The notes under the pieces are model-generated. The model was not told the origin of the DNA. It saw only the letters and a list, made by a program, of their open reading frames with translations, and searched no databases. A program made the translations under genes and the position numbers. Below are positions 26,901 to 41,900 of a stretch of 64,000 bases of DNA, in pieces (position 1 is the first letter of the stretch; the number at the start of each line of letters is the position of its first letter). The DNA is taken from positions 11,904,001-11,968,000 of the forward strand of contig JAWMAR010000006.1 of the NCBI GenBank assembly GCA_036785375.1, given 5' to 3'. Source of the DNA: Leucoraja ocellata. Its lineage: Eukaryota.

Positions 26901-29900
26901 TCTACATAGAGGCTGTTGCTTTGCAGTTCGTATGGCCCCAGTGAGGAAATGTCTTTGGTCATCTCGCTAAATTCATCATAAACATCTTCTCGGTTGATGG
27001 GTTCCATGGTGGACACATTTTGAAATAAACATTCAGCTGTCACTCTGGTGCTGTTAACCATTTCCTCTCTGCGATAAAGCAAAAGACATTTGTGATAAGT
27101 GTAAAATAATTTAGTGCAAAGTTGTTTGCAATGCCAGCAAGAGCACAGCTGAAATGTTGCCGTGGCTCTTTACTGGTGTCTAAGCAATGGTCAGAGAAAT
27201 CTGACTCTCAATTTGTCCGTCTCTAGCCCATGTATAGCCAGAGGGAGACCATATTTAAGTTGGAGGAAAATCATCTTATTATCTGATGTGTGGATTTGGA
27301 GCTTAACAACATGAATCATTTTACGTGTCAACCTACAAACAAACTGTATGAACAATGAGTTGTTCAATTTTACGTGTCAACCTACAAATGCCCCTCTACC
27401 CCACAAATTTTTCCCCACTCTTCCCTGTGCCACACTTGAATGTGCACCCATTTTCCCCTTTTCCCTTCACCCCTTCCCTACCCCATTCTCCACTTCCACT
27501 ATGCTTCCTCAACTTTGATAATTAATTTGTCTTTTATGCCTAACTCCCTATATTAAACATAGAAACATAGAAAATAGGTGCTTGAGTAGGCCATTCGGCC
27601 CTTCGAGCCTGCACCGCCATTCAATATGATCATGGTTGATCATCCAACTCAGTATGCTGTTCCTGCCTTCTCTCCATGCCCCCTGATCCCTTTAGCCAGA
27701 AGGGCCACATCTAACTCCCTCTTAAATATAACAAATTAACTGGCCTCAATTACCTTCTGCGGCAGAGAATTCCAGAGATTCACCACTCTCTGTGTGAATA
27801 TTGAACCCTTTGTCTTCTCATCTCAGGATTTTCTGTAACCATTTACGTGTCAACCTACAAATGCCCTTCTACCCCACAATTTCCTCCCCACTCTTCCCTG
27901 TGCTACACTTGAATATGCACCCATTTCCCCTTTTCCCTTCACCCCTTCCCTACCCCCATTCTCCTCTTCCACTATGCCTCCTCAACTTTCATGATTAATT
28001 TGACTTCTATGCCTAACATCCTATATTGAACCTTTTGTCTTCTCATGTCAGGATTTTCTGTAACCATTTGCCAATCAACTGCTCCCTCCCCATCACTTGT
28101 ATCCCCGTATCACTTGCCACACTTTGTCATCCCCTTCCCACCTCTCTTGCAGCTTTCTCACCCCTACTGCAATCAGTCTGAAGTAGGGCCCGACCAAAAA
28201 CTCTGCCAACCCATGTTCTCCAGATTTGCCGACTGACCCACTGAGATACTCCAGCACATCGTGTCTTATTCTGTTAGAATTTATATTGACTTTGCACTGA
28301 TATTTGTAGGAAATGTGTTTATGAGATTATCATCTTTACCATTTGGAATCACTGTGCATTAACAATTTGGAGACAAAGGAATGCAATTTTCATGATTTAA
28401 TTGAACATTTTTTTGTGAGTTACCTGAATGATTTCACGTCACATTTTAAGAATGTTGCATTGACACTGCTGTTCTCAAACAGGTCTGTGAGCTGGGGGCA
28501 AGAAAAATGGTGTTAGAATTAGACATAAAAAGGGGATGAATGAGTAGTATATCAGCAGAAAACTAATTGGTAAACTCTCTCACCTCATTTGCAATCATGG
28601 TTGTTGTTTCTGAAGGGTTTGCTTGAATTTCTTCAATAGACAGATTGTCAACAATGAAAGTCACGTTGTATTTAATGGGATTTGTTACCTCGGTTGGAAC
28701 TGGAACTGTGGAAATAGAGTAAGCAATTTAGCATGTTGTGAGTACCACGATTTTCAAATAGTTTAAAAACTGTTGCCTAGTACTGGATTTCTACAGAGTT
28801 TAAGCAACAGGTTGAGAAGAACAAATGTAGTGTTAGACAATTATTTCATGCATTTGATACAAACTCACCATTGACATTGTGCTGTACATTGAAATCTGAA
28901 AACAAACAGAGAAATATAAGTTGAACTTTAAATGTTCAAGTTTAGGCAACCTTTAAAAACCCACCAACCACAACAACAACTGGGCATGCACCTAGTAAAC
29001 TCCTCCCACTTGCCCTCCATCTACATTCCTTTTTCTGGATTCAAATTTGCAACTCTTCAATCCTTTTCCCTCAGACTTTATGTTTTTTCGTCTCTGGCCT
29101 TTGTCCAACCTTCTGCGTATCTAAACTCCACCTCACCTGTGTCCACCTATTAATGACGTGCTTTGTACTGCCTCCCTTCTCTTACAGCTTTCTTCTCCCC
29201 CCACCACCCCACAATCTGCCTGAAGAAGGATTTTGTGCTGAAATGCCACCCATTCACGTTCTCCAGTGATGCTGTCTGACCCGCTGAGTTACTCTAGCAC
29301 TTTGTTTCTTCTAAAAAAGCATGCAACTTTTTAATCGGGTATTTTTTTCCCTCTCCTTGAATATTTATCAGGAAGAAAATCCTTTTTTGAGTGGGTCATA
29401 CCAGTGAGGCAGTGTGTTTGTGCAAATGCGGGCTCGGAAGAGCAAGACTGTGAATGAATTTAAGGTTTGCTTTCTCAGATCCTATAGGATATCATGCCTG
29501 GTTGTCCCCGATCTAAATATGTAATGACCAAAGAACTTGTCTATAAATCAATAGTTACTGTAGATTGGACAAATACAATATGATGAAAAACACCAAGGAA
29601 TATTTTGATAAGTACCGTCTACATAGAGGCTGTTGCTTTGCAGTTCGTATGGCCCCAGTGAGGAAATGTCTTTGGTCATCTCGCTAAATTCATCATAAAC
29701 ATCTTCTCGGTTGATGGGTTCCATGGTGGACACATTTTGAAATAAACATTCAGCTGTCACTCTGGTGCTGTTAACCATTTCCTCTCTGCGATAAAGCAAA
29801 AGACATTTGTGATAAGTGTAAAAGAATTTAGTGCAAAGTTGTTTGCAATGCCAGCAAGAGCACAGCTGAAATGTTGCCGTGGCGCATTACTGGTGTCTAA

Positions 29901-32900
29901 GCAATGGTCAGAGAAATCTGACTCTCAATTTGTCCGTCTCTAGCCCATCTATAGCCAGAGGGAGACCATATTTAAGTTGGAGGAAAATCATCTCATTATC
30001 TGATGTGTGGATTTGGAGCTTAACAACATGAATCATTACACGTGACAACCTACAAACTAACTGTATGAACAATGAGTTGTTCAATTTTACGTGTCAACCT
30101 ACAAATGCCCTTCTACCCCACAATTTCCTCCCCACTCTTCCCTGTGCTACACTTGAATATGCACCCATTTCCCCTTTTCCCTTCACTCCTTCCCTACCCC
30201 CATTCTCCTCTTCCACTATGCCTCCTCAACTTTCATGATTAATTTGACTTCTATGCCTAACTTCCTATATTGAACCTTTTGTCTTCTCATCTCAGGATTT
30301 TCTGTAACCATTTGCCAATCAACTGCTCCCTCCCCATCACTTGTATCCCCGTATCACTTGCCACACTTTGTCATCCCCTTCCCACCTCTCTTGCAGCTTT
30401 CTCACCCCTACTGCAATCAGTCTGAAGTAGGGCCCGACCAAAAACTCTGCCAACCCATGTTCTCCAGATTTGCCGACTGACCCACTGAGATACTCCAGCA
30501 CATCGTGTCTTATTCTGTTAGAATTTATATTGACTTTGCACTGATATTTGTAGGAAATGTGTTTATGAGATTATCATCTTTTCCATTTGGAATCACTGTG
30601 CATTAACAATTTGGAGACAAAGGAACGCAATTTTCATGATTTAATTGAACATTTTTTTGTGAGTTACCTGAATGATTTCACGTCACATTTTAAGAATGTT
30701 GCATTGACACTGCTGTTCTCAAACAGGTCTGTGAGCTGGGGGCAAGAAAAATGGTGTTAGAATTAGACATAAAAAGGGGATGAATAAGTAGTATATCAGC
30801 AGAAAACTAATTGGTAAACTCTCTCACCTCATTTGCAATCATGGTTGTTGTTTCTGAAGGGTTTGCTTGAATTTCTTCAATAGACAGATTGTCAACAATG
30901 AAAGTCACGTTGTATTTAATGGGATTTGTTACCTCGATTGGAACTGGAACTGTGGAAATAGAGTAAGCAATTTAGAATGTTGTGAGTACCACAATTTTCA
31001 AATAGTTTAAAAACTGTTTCCTAGTACTGGATTTCTACAGAGTTTAAGCAACAGATTGAGAAGAACAAATGTAGTGTTAGACAATTATTTCATGCATTTG
31101 ATACAAACTCACCATTGACATTGTGCTGTACATTGAAATCTGAAAACAAACAGAAATATAGGTTGAAGTTTAAATGTTCATGTTTAGGCAACCTTTAAAA
31201 ACCCACCAACCACAACAACAACTGGGCATGCACCTAGTAAACTCCTCCCACTTGCCCTCCATCTACATTCCTTTTTCTGGCTTCAAATATGCAACTCTTC
31301 AATCCTTTTCCCTCACACTTTATGTTTTTTCGTCTCTGGCCTTTGTCCAACCTTCTACGTATCTAAACTCCACCTCACCTGTGTCCATCTATTAATGACG
31401 TGCTTTGTACTGCCTCCCTACTCTTACAGCTTTCTTCTCACCCCACAATCAGTCGGAAGAAGGATCTTGAGCTGAAATGTCACCCATTCACCTCTCCAGT
31501 GATGCTACCTGACCCACTGAGTTATTCTAGCACTTTGTTTCTTCTAAAGAAGCAGGCAACTTTTTAATCGGGTATTTTTTCCCTCTCCTTGAACATTTAT
31601 CAGGAAGAAAACCCTTTTTTCAGTGGGTCATACCAGTGAGGCAGTGTGTTTGTGCAAAAGCAGGCTCCGAAGAGCAAGACTGTGAATGATTTTAAGGTTT
31701 GCTTTCTCAGATCCTATAGGATATCATGCCTGGTTGTCCCTGATCTAAATATGTAAATACCAAAGAACTTGTCTATAAATCAATAGTTACCGTTGTATTG
31801 GACAAATACAATATGAAGAAAAACACCAAGGAATATTTTGATAAGTACCGTCTACATAGAGGCTGTTGCTTTGCAGTTCGTATGGCCCCAGTGAGGAAAT
31901 GTCTTTGGTCATCTCGCTAAATTCATCATAAACATCTTCTCGGTTGATGGGTTCCATGGTGGACACATTTTGAAATAAACATTCAGCTGTCACTCTGGTG
32001 CTGTTAACCATTTCCTCTCTGCGATAAAGCAAAAGACATTTGTGATAAGTGTAAAAGAATTTAGTGCAAAGTTGTTTGCAATGCCAGCAAGAGCACAGCT
32101 GAAATGTTGCCGTGGCGCATTACTGGTGTCTAAGCAATGGTCAGAGAAATCTGACTCTCAATTTGTCCGTCTCTAGCCCATCTATAGTCCGAGGGAGACC
32201 ATATTTAAGTTGGAGGAAAATCATCTCATTATCTGGTGTGTGGATTTGGAGCTTAACAATGTGAATCATTTTACGTGACAACCTACAAACTAACTGTATG
32301 AACAACGAGTTGTTCAATTTTACGTGTCAACCTACAAATGCCCTTCTACCCCACAATTTCCTCCCCACTCTTCCCTGTGCTACACTTGAATATGCACCCA
32401 TTTTCCCCTTTTCCCTTCACCCCTTCCCTACCCCCATTCTCCTCTTCCACTATGCTTCCTCAACTTTCATGATTAATTTGACTTCTATGCCTAACTTCCT
32501 ATATTGAACCTTTTGTCTTCTCATCTCAGGATTTTCTGTAACCATTTGCCAATCAACTGCTCCCTCCCCATCACTTGTATCCCCGTATCACTTGCCACAC
32601 TTTGTCATCCCCTCCCCACCTCTCTTGCAGCTTTCTCACCCCTACTGCAATCAGTCTGAAGTAGGGCCCGACCAAAAACTCTGCCAACCCATGTTCTCCA
32701 GATTTGCCGACTGACCCACTGAGATACTCCAGCACATCGTGTCTTATTCTGTTAGAATTTATATTGACTTCGCACTGATATTTGTAGGAAATGTGTTTAT
32801 GAGATTATCATCTTTACCATTTGGAATCACTGTGCATTAACAATTTGGAGACAAAGGAAACGCAATTTTCATGATTTAATTGGACATTTTTTTGTGAGTT

Positions 32901-35900
32901 ACCTGAATGATTTCACGTCACATTTTAAGAATGTTGCATTGACACTGCTGTTCTCAAACAGGTCTGTGAGCTGGGGGCAAGAAAAATGGTGTTAGAATTA
33001 GACATAAAAAGGAGATGAATAAGTAGTATATCAGCAGAAAACTAATTGGTAAACTCTCTCACCTCATTTGCAATCATGGTTGCTGTTTCTGAAGGGTTTG
33101 CTTGAATTTCTTCAATAGACAGATTGTCAACAATGAAAGTCACGTTGTATTTAATGGGATTTGTTACCTCGGTTGGAACTGGAAGTGTGGAAATAGAGTA
33201 AGCAATTTAGCATGTTGTGAGTACCACGATTTTCAAATAGTTTAAAAACTGTTTCGCAGTACTGGATTTCTACAGAGTTTAAGCAACAGATGGAGAAGAA
33301 CAAATGTAGCTTAAGACAATTAGTTCATGCATTTGATACAAACTCACCATTGACATTGTGCTGTACATTGAAATCTGAAAACAAACAGAGAAATAAAGGT
33401 TGAAATTTAAATGTTCAAGTTTAGGCAACCTTTAAAAACCCACCAACCACAACAACAACTGGGCACGCACCTAGTAAACTCCTCCCACTTGCCCTCCATC
33501 TACATTCCTTTTTTCTGGCTTCAAATTTGCAACTCTTCAATCCTTTTCCCTCAGACTTTATGTTTTTTTGTCTCTGGCCTTTGTCCAACCTTCTGCGTAT
33601 CTAAACTCCACCTCACCTGTGTCCACCTATTAATGACGTGCTTTGTACTGCGTCCCTTCTCTTACAGCTTTCTTCTCCCCCCACCACCCCACAATCTGTC
33701 TGAAGAAGGATTTTGAGCTGAAATGTCACCCATTCACGTTCTCCAGTGATGCTGCCTGACCCGCTGAGTTACTCTAGCTCATTGTTTTTTCTAAAAAAGC
33801 ATGCAACTTTTTAATGGGGTATTTTTTTCCCTCTCCTTGAATATTTATCAGGAAGAAAATCCTTTTGTGAGTGGGTCATACCAGTGAGGCAGTGTGTTTG
33901 TGCAAAGGCAGGCTCCGAAGAGCAAGACTGTGAATGAATTTAAGGTTTGCTTTCTCAGATCCTATAGGATATCATGCCTGGTTGTCCCCAATCTAAATAT
34001 GTAAATACCAAAGAACTTGTCTATAAATCAATAGTTACTATAGATTGGACAAATACAATATGAAGAAATACACCAAGGAATATTTTGATAAGTACCGTCT
34101 ACATAGAGGCTGTTGCTTTGCAGTTCGTATGGCCCCAGTGAGGAAATGTCTTTGGTCATCTCGCTAAATTCATCATAAACATCTTCTCGGTTGATGGGTT
34201 CCATGGTGGACACATTTTGAAATAAACATTCAGCTGTCACTCTTGTGCTGTTAACCATTTCCTCTCTGCGATAAAGCAAAAGACATTTGTGATAAGTGTA
34301 AAATAATTTAGTGCAAAGTTGTTTGCAATGCCAGCAAGAGCGCAGCTGAAATGTTGCCGTGGCTCATTACTGGTGTCTAAGCAATGGTCAGAGAATTCCG
34401 ACTCTCAATTTGTCCTATTCCAGCCCATCTATAGCCAGAGGGAAACCATATTTAAGTTGGAGGAAAATCATCTCATTATCTGATGTGTGGATTTGGAGCT
34501 TAACAATATGAATAAATTATACGTGACAACCTACAAACTAACTGTATGAATAATGAGTTGTTCAATTTTACGTGTCAACCTACAAATGCCCTTCTACCCC
34601 ACAATTCCACCCCCCCCCCCCCCCCACTCTTCTCTGTGCTACATTTGAATATGCACCCATTTTTCCCTTTTCCCTTCACACCTTCCCTACCCCCATTCTC
34701 CTCTTCCACTATGCTTCATCAACTTTCATGATTAATTTGACTTCTATGCCTAACTCCCTATATTGAACCTTTTGTCTTCTCATCTCAGGATTTTCTGTAA
34801 CCATTTGCCAATCAACTGCTCCCACCCCATCACTTGTATCCCCGTATCACTTGCCACACTTTGTCATCCCCTTCCCACCTCTCTTGCAGCTTTCTCACCC
34901 CTACTGCAATCAGTCTGAAGTAGGGCCCGACCAAAAACTCTGCCAACCCATGTTCTCCAGATTTGCCGACTGACCCACTGAGATGCTCCAGCACATCGTG
35001 TCTTTTTCTGTTAGAATTTATATTGACTTTGCACTGATATTTGTAGGAAATGTGTTTATGAGATTATCATCTTTACCATTTGGAATCACTGTGCATTAAC
35101 AATTTGGAGACAAAGGAATGCAATTTTCATGATTTAATTGGAAATTTTTTTGTGAGTTACCTGAATGATTTCACGTCACATTTTAAGAATGTTGCGTTGA
35201 CACTGCTGTTCTCAAACAGGTCTGTGAGCTGGGGGCAAGAAAAATGGTGTTAGAATTAGACTTAAAAAGGAGATGAATAAGTAGTATATCAGCAGAAAAC
35301 TAATTGGTAAACTCTCTCACCTCATTTGCAATCATTTTTGCTGTTTCTGAAGGGTTTGCTTGAATTTCTTCAATAGACAGATTGTCAACAATGAAAGTCA
35401 CGTTGTATATAATGGGATTTGTTACCTCGGTTGGAACTGGAACTGTGGAAATAGAGTAAGCAATTTAGCTTGTTGTGAGTACCACGATTTTCAAATGGTT
35501 TAAAAACTGTTTCCAGGAATGGATTTCTACAGAGTTTAAGCAACAGATGGAGAAGAACAAATGTAGTGTAAGCCAATTATTTCATGCATTTGATACAAAC
35601 TCACCATTGACATTGTACTGTACATTGAAATCTGAAAACAAACAGAAATATAGGTTGAAGTTTAAATGTTCATGTTTAGGCAACCTTTAAAAACCCACCA
35701 ACCACAACAACAACTGGGCATGCACCTAGTAAACTCCTCCCACTTGCCCTCCATCTACATTCCTTTTTCTGGCTTCAAATTTGCAACTCTTCAATCCTTT
35801 CCCTCACACTTTATGTTTTTTCGTCTCTGGCCTTTGTCCAACCTTCTGCGTATCTAAACTCCACCTCACCTGTGTCCATCTATTAATGACGTGCTTTGTA

Positions 35901-38900
35901 CTGCCTCCCTACTCTTACAGCTTTCTTCTCACCCCACAATCAGTCGGAAGAAGGATCTTGAGCTGAAATGTCACCCATTCACCTCTCCAGTGATGCTACC
36001 TGACCCACTGAGTTATTCTAGCACTTTGTTTCTTCTAAAGAAGCAGGCAACTTTTTAATCGGGTATTTTTTCCCTCTCCTTGAACATTTATCAGGAAGTA
36101 AATCATTTTTTGAGTGGGTCATACCAGTGAGGCAGTTTGTTTGTACAAAAGCAGGCTCCGAAGAGCAAGACTGTGAATGATTTTAAGGTTTGCTTTCTCA
36201 GATCCTATAGGATATCATGCCTGGTTGTCCCTGATCTAAATATGTAAATACCAAAGAACTTGTCTATAAATCAATAGTTACCGTAGATTGGACAAATACA
36301 ATATGAAGAAAAACACCAAAGAATATTTTGATATGTACCGTCTACATAGAGGCTGTTGCTTTGCAGTTCGTATGGCCCCAGCGAGGAAATGTCTTTGGTC
36401 ATCTCGCTAAATTCATCATAAACATCTTCTCGGTTGATGGGTTCCATGGTGGACACATTTTGAAATAAACATTCAGCTGTCACTCTGGTGCTGTTAACCA
36501 TTTCCTCTCTGCGATAAAGCAAAAGACATTTGTGATAAGTGTAAAAGAATTTAGTGCAAAGATGTTTGCAATGCCAGCAAGAGCACAGCTGAAATGTTGC
36601 CGTGGCTCATAACTGGTGTCTAAGCAATGGTCAGAGAAATCTGACTCTCAATTTGTCCATCCCCAGCCCATCTATAGCCAGAGGGAAACCATATTTAAGT
36701 TGGAGGAAAATCATCTCATTATCTGATGTGTGGATTTGGAGCTTAACAATATGAATCATTATACGTGACAACCTACAAACTAACTGCATGAACAATGAGT
36801 TGTTCAATTTTACGTGTCAACCTACAAATGCCCTTCTATCCCACAATTTCTCCCCACTCTTCCCTGTGCTACATTTGAATATGCACCCATTTTTCCCTTT
36901 TCCCTTCACCCCTTCCCTACCCCCATTCTCCTCTTCCACTATGCTTCCTCAACTTTCATATTTAATTTGACTTCTATGCCTAACTCCCTATATTGAACCT
37001 TTTGTCTTCTCATCTCAGGATTTTCTGTAACCATTTGCCAATCAACTGCTCCCTCCCCATCACTTGTATCCCCGTATCACTTGCCACACTTTGTCATCCC
37101 CTTCATATCTCTCTTGCAGCTTTCTCACCCCTACTGCAATCAGTCTGAAGTAGGGCCCGACCAAAAACTCTGCCAACCCATGTTCTCCAGATTTGCCGAC
37201 TGACCCGCTGAGATACTCCAGCACATCGTGTCTTTCTCTGTTAGAATTTATATTGACTTTGCACTGATATTTGTAGGAAATGTGTTTATGAGATTATCAT
37301 CTTTACCATTTGGAATCACTGTGCATTAACAATTTGGAGACAAAGGAATGCAATTTTCATGATTTAATTGGACATTTTTTTGTGAGTTACCTGAATGATT
37401 TCACGTCACATTTTAAGAATGTTGCATTGACACTGCTGTTCTCAAACAGGTCTGTGAGCTGGGGGCAAGAAAAATTGTGTTAGAATTAGACATAAAAAGG
37501 GGATGAATAAGTAGTATATCAGCAGAAAACTAATTGGTAAACTCTCTCACCTCATTTGCAATCATGGTTGCTGTTTCTGAAGGGTTTGCTTGAATTTCTT
37601 CAATAGACAGATTGTCAACAATGAAAGTCACGTTGTATTTAATGGGATTTGTTACCTCGGTTGGAACTGGAAGTGTGGAAATAGAGTAAGCAATTTAGCA
37701 TTTTGTGAGTACCACGATTTTCAAATATGTTTAAAAACTGTTTCCCAGTACTGGATTTCTACAGAGTTTAAGCAACAGATGGAGAAGAACAAATGTAGCT
37801 TAAGACAATTATTTCATGCATTTGATACAAACTCACCATTGACATTGTGCTGTACATTGAAATCTGAAAACAAACAGAGAAATAAAGGTTGAAATTTAAA
37901 TGTTTGTGCAAAGGCAGGCTCCGAAGAGCAAGACTGTGAATGAATTTAAGGTTTGCTTTCTCAGATCCTATAGGATATCATGCCTGGTTGTCCCTGATCT
38001 AAATATGTAAATACCAAAGAACTTGTCTATAAATCAATAGTTACTGTAGATTGGACAAATACAATATGAAGAAAAACACCAAGGAATATTTTGATAAGTA
38101 CCGTCTACATAGAGGCTGTTGCTTTGCAGTTCGTATGGCCCCAGCGAGGAAATGTCTTTGGTCATCTCGCTTAATTCATCATAAACATCTTCTCGGTTGA
38201 TGGGTTCCATGGTGGACACATTTTGAAATAAACACTCGGCTGTCACTCTGGTGCTGTTAACCATTTCCTCTCTGCGATAAAGCAAAAGACATTTGTGATA
38301 AGTGTAAAAGAATTTAGTGCAAAGTTGTTTGCAATGCCAGCAAGAGCACAGCTGAAATGTTGCCATGGCTCATTACTGGTGTCTAAGCAATGGTCAGAGA
38401 AATCTGACTCTCAATTTGTCAGTCTCCAGCCCATCTATAGCCAGAGGGAGACCATATTTAAGTTGGAGGAAAATCATCTCATTATCTGATGTGTGGATTT
38501 GGAGCTTAACAATATGAATCATTATACGTGACAACCTACAAACTTACTGTATGAACAATGAGTTGTTCAATTTTACCTGTCAACCTACAAATGCCCCTCT
38601 ACCCCACAAACTTTTCCCCACTCTTCCCTGTGCTACACTTGAATGTGCATACATTTTCCCCTTTTCCCTTCACTCCTTCCCTACCCCATTCTCCACTTCC
38701 ACTATGCCTCCTCAACTTTGATAATTAATTTGTATTTTATGCCTAACTCCCTATATTAAACATAGAAACATACAAAATAGGTGCATGAGTAGGCGATTCG
38801 GCCCTTCGAACCTGCACCGCCATTCAATATGATCATGGCTGATCATCCAACTCAGTATCCTGTTCCTGCCTTCTCTCCATGCCCCCTGATCCCTTTAGCC

Positions 38901-41900
38901 ACAAGGGCGACATCTAACTCCATCTTAAATATAGCCAATGAACTGGCCTCAACTACCTTCTGCGGCAGAGAATTCCAGAGATTCACCACTCTCTGTGTGA
39001 ATATTGAACCTTTTGTCTTCTCATCTTAGGATTTTCTGTAACCATTTGCCAATCAACTGCTCCCTCCCCATCACTTGTATCCCCGTATCACTTGCCACAC
39101 TTTGTCATCCCCTTCCCACCTCTCTTGCAGCTTTCTCACCTCTACTGCAATCAGTCTGAAGTAGGGCCCGACCAAAAACTCTGCCACCCCATGTTCTCCA
39201 GATTTGCCGACTGACCCGCTGAGATACTCCAGCACATCGTGTCTTTCTCTGTTAGAATTTATATTGACTTTGCACTGATATTTGTAGGAAATGTGTTTAT
39301 GAGATTATCATCTTTACCATTTGGAATCACTGTGCATTAACAATTTGGAGACAAAGGAATGCAATTTTCATGATTTAATTGGACATTTTTTTGTGAGTTA
39401 CCTGAATGATTTCACGTCACATTTTAAGAATGTTGCATTGACACTGCTGTTCTCAAACAGGTCTGTGAGCTGGGGGCAAGAAAAATTGTGTTAGAATTAG
39501 ACATAAAAAGGGGATGAATAAGTAGTATATCAGCAGAAAACTAATTGGTAAACTCTCTCACCTCATTTGCAATCATGGTTGCTGTTTCTGAAGGGTTTGC
39601 TTGAATTTCTTCAATAGACAGATTGTCAACAATGAAAGTCACGTTGTATTTAATGGGATTTGTTACCTCAGTTGGAACTGGAAGTGTGGAAATAGAGTAA
39701 GCAATTTAGCATGTTGTGAGTACCACGATTTTCAAATATGTTTAAAAACTGTTTCCCAGTACTGGATTTCTACAGAGTTTAAGCAACAGATGGAGAAGAA
39801 CAAATGTAGCTTAAGACAATTATTTCATGCATTTGATACAAACTCACCATTGACATTGTGCTGTACATTGAAATCTGAAAACAAACAGAGAAATAAAGGT
39901 TGAAATTTAAATGTTTGTGCAAAGGCAGGCTCCGAAGAGCAAGACTGTGAATGAATTTAAGGTTTGCTTTCTCAGATCCTATAGGATATCATGCCTGGTT
40001 GTCCCTGATCTAAATATGTAAATACCAAAGAACTTGTCTATAAATCAATAGTTACTGTAGATTGGACAAATACAATATGAAGAAAAACACCAAGGAATAT
40101 TTTGATAAGTACCGTCTACATAGAGGCTGTTGCTTTGCAGTTCGTATGGCCCCAGCGAGGAAATGTCTTTGGTCATCTCGCTTAATTCATCATAAACATC
40201 TTCTCGGTTGATGGGTTCCATGGTGGACACATTTTGAAATAAACACTCGGCTGTCACTCTGGTGCTGTTAACCATTTCCTCTCTGCGATAAAGCAAAAGA
40301 CATTTTTGATAAGTGTAAAAGAATTTAGTGCAAAGTTGTTTGCAATGCCAGCAAGAGCACAGCTGAAATGTTGCCATGGCTCATTACTGGTGTCTAAGCA
40401 ATGGTCAGAGAAATCTGACTCTCAATTTGTCAGTCTCCAGCCCATCTATAGCCAGAGGGAGACCATATTTAAGTTGGAGGAAAATCATCTCATTATCTGA
40501 TGTGTGGATTTGGAGCTTAACAATATGAATCATTATACGTGACAACCTACAAACTTACTGTATGAACAATGAGTTGTTCAATTTTACCTGTCAACCTACA
40601 AATGCCCCTCTACCCCACAAACTTTTCCCCACTCTTCCCTGTGCTACACTTGAATGTGCATACATTTTCCCCTTTTCCCTTCACTCCTTCCCTACCCCAT
40701 TCTCCACTTCCACTATGCCTCCTCAACTTTGATAATTAATTTGTATTTTATGCCTAACTCCCTATATTAAACATAGAAACATACAAAATAGGTGCATGAG
40801 TAGGCGATTCGGCCCTTCGAACCTGCACCGCCATTCAATATGATCATGGCTGATCATCCAACTCAGTATCCTGTTCCTGCCTTCTCTCCATGCCCCCTGA
40901 TCCCTTTAGCCACAAGGGCGACATCTATCTCCATCTTAAATATAGCCAATGAACTGGCCTCAACTACCTTCTGCGGCAGAGAATTCCAGAGATTCACCAC
41001 TCTCTGTGTGAATATTGAACCTTTTGTCTTCTCATCTTAGGATTTTCTGTAACCATTTGCCAATCAACTGCTCCCTCCCCATCACTTGTATCCCCGTATC
41101 ACTTGCCACACTTTGTCATCCCCTTCCCACCTCTCTTGCAGCTTTCTCACCTCTACTGCAATCAGTCTGAAGTAGGGCCCGACCAAAAACTCTGCCACCC
41201 CATGTTCTCCAGATTTGCCGACTGACCCGCTGAGATACTCCAGCACATCGTGTCTTTCTCTGTTAGAATTTATATTGACTTTGCACTGATATTTGTAGGA
41301 AATGTGTTTATGAGATTATCATCTTTACCATTTGGAATCACTGTGCATTAACAATTTGGAGACAAAGGAATGCAATTTTCATGATTTAATTGGACATTTT
41401 TTTGTGAGTTACCTGAATGATTTCACGTCACATTTTAAGAATGTTGCATTGACACTGCTGTTCTCAAACAGGTCTGTGAGCTGGGGGCAAGAAAAATGGT
41501 GTTAGAATTAGACATAAAAAAGGGATGAATAAGTAGTATATCAGCAGAAAACTAATTGGTAAACTCTCTCACCTCATTTGCAATCATGGTTGCTGTTTCT
41601 GAAGGGTTTGCTTGAATTTCTTCTATAGACAGATTGTCAACAATGAAAGTCACGTTGTATTTAATGGGATTTGTTACCTCGGTTGGAACTGGAACTGTGG
41701 AAATAGAGTAAGCAATTTAGCTTGTTGTGAGTACCACAATTTTCAAATGGTTTAAAAACTGTTTCCCAGGACTGGATTTCTACAGAGTTTAAGCAACAGA
41801 TGGAGAAGAACAAATGTAGCGTAAGCCAATTATTTCATGCATTTGATACAAACTCACCATTGACATTGTGCTGTCCATTGAAATCTGAAAACAAACAGAG

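Noticed and set aside
34608-34626. Poly-C tracts (also 88-102, about 51123 and 53367)
   Set aside because: Simple homopolymer slippage in intronic pyrimidine-rich TE remnants. Length varies between copies and may include sequencing error.
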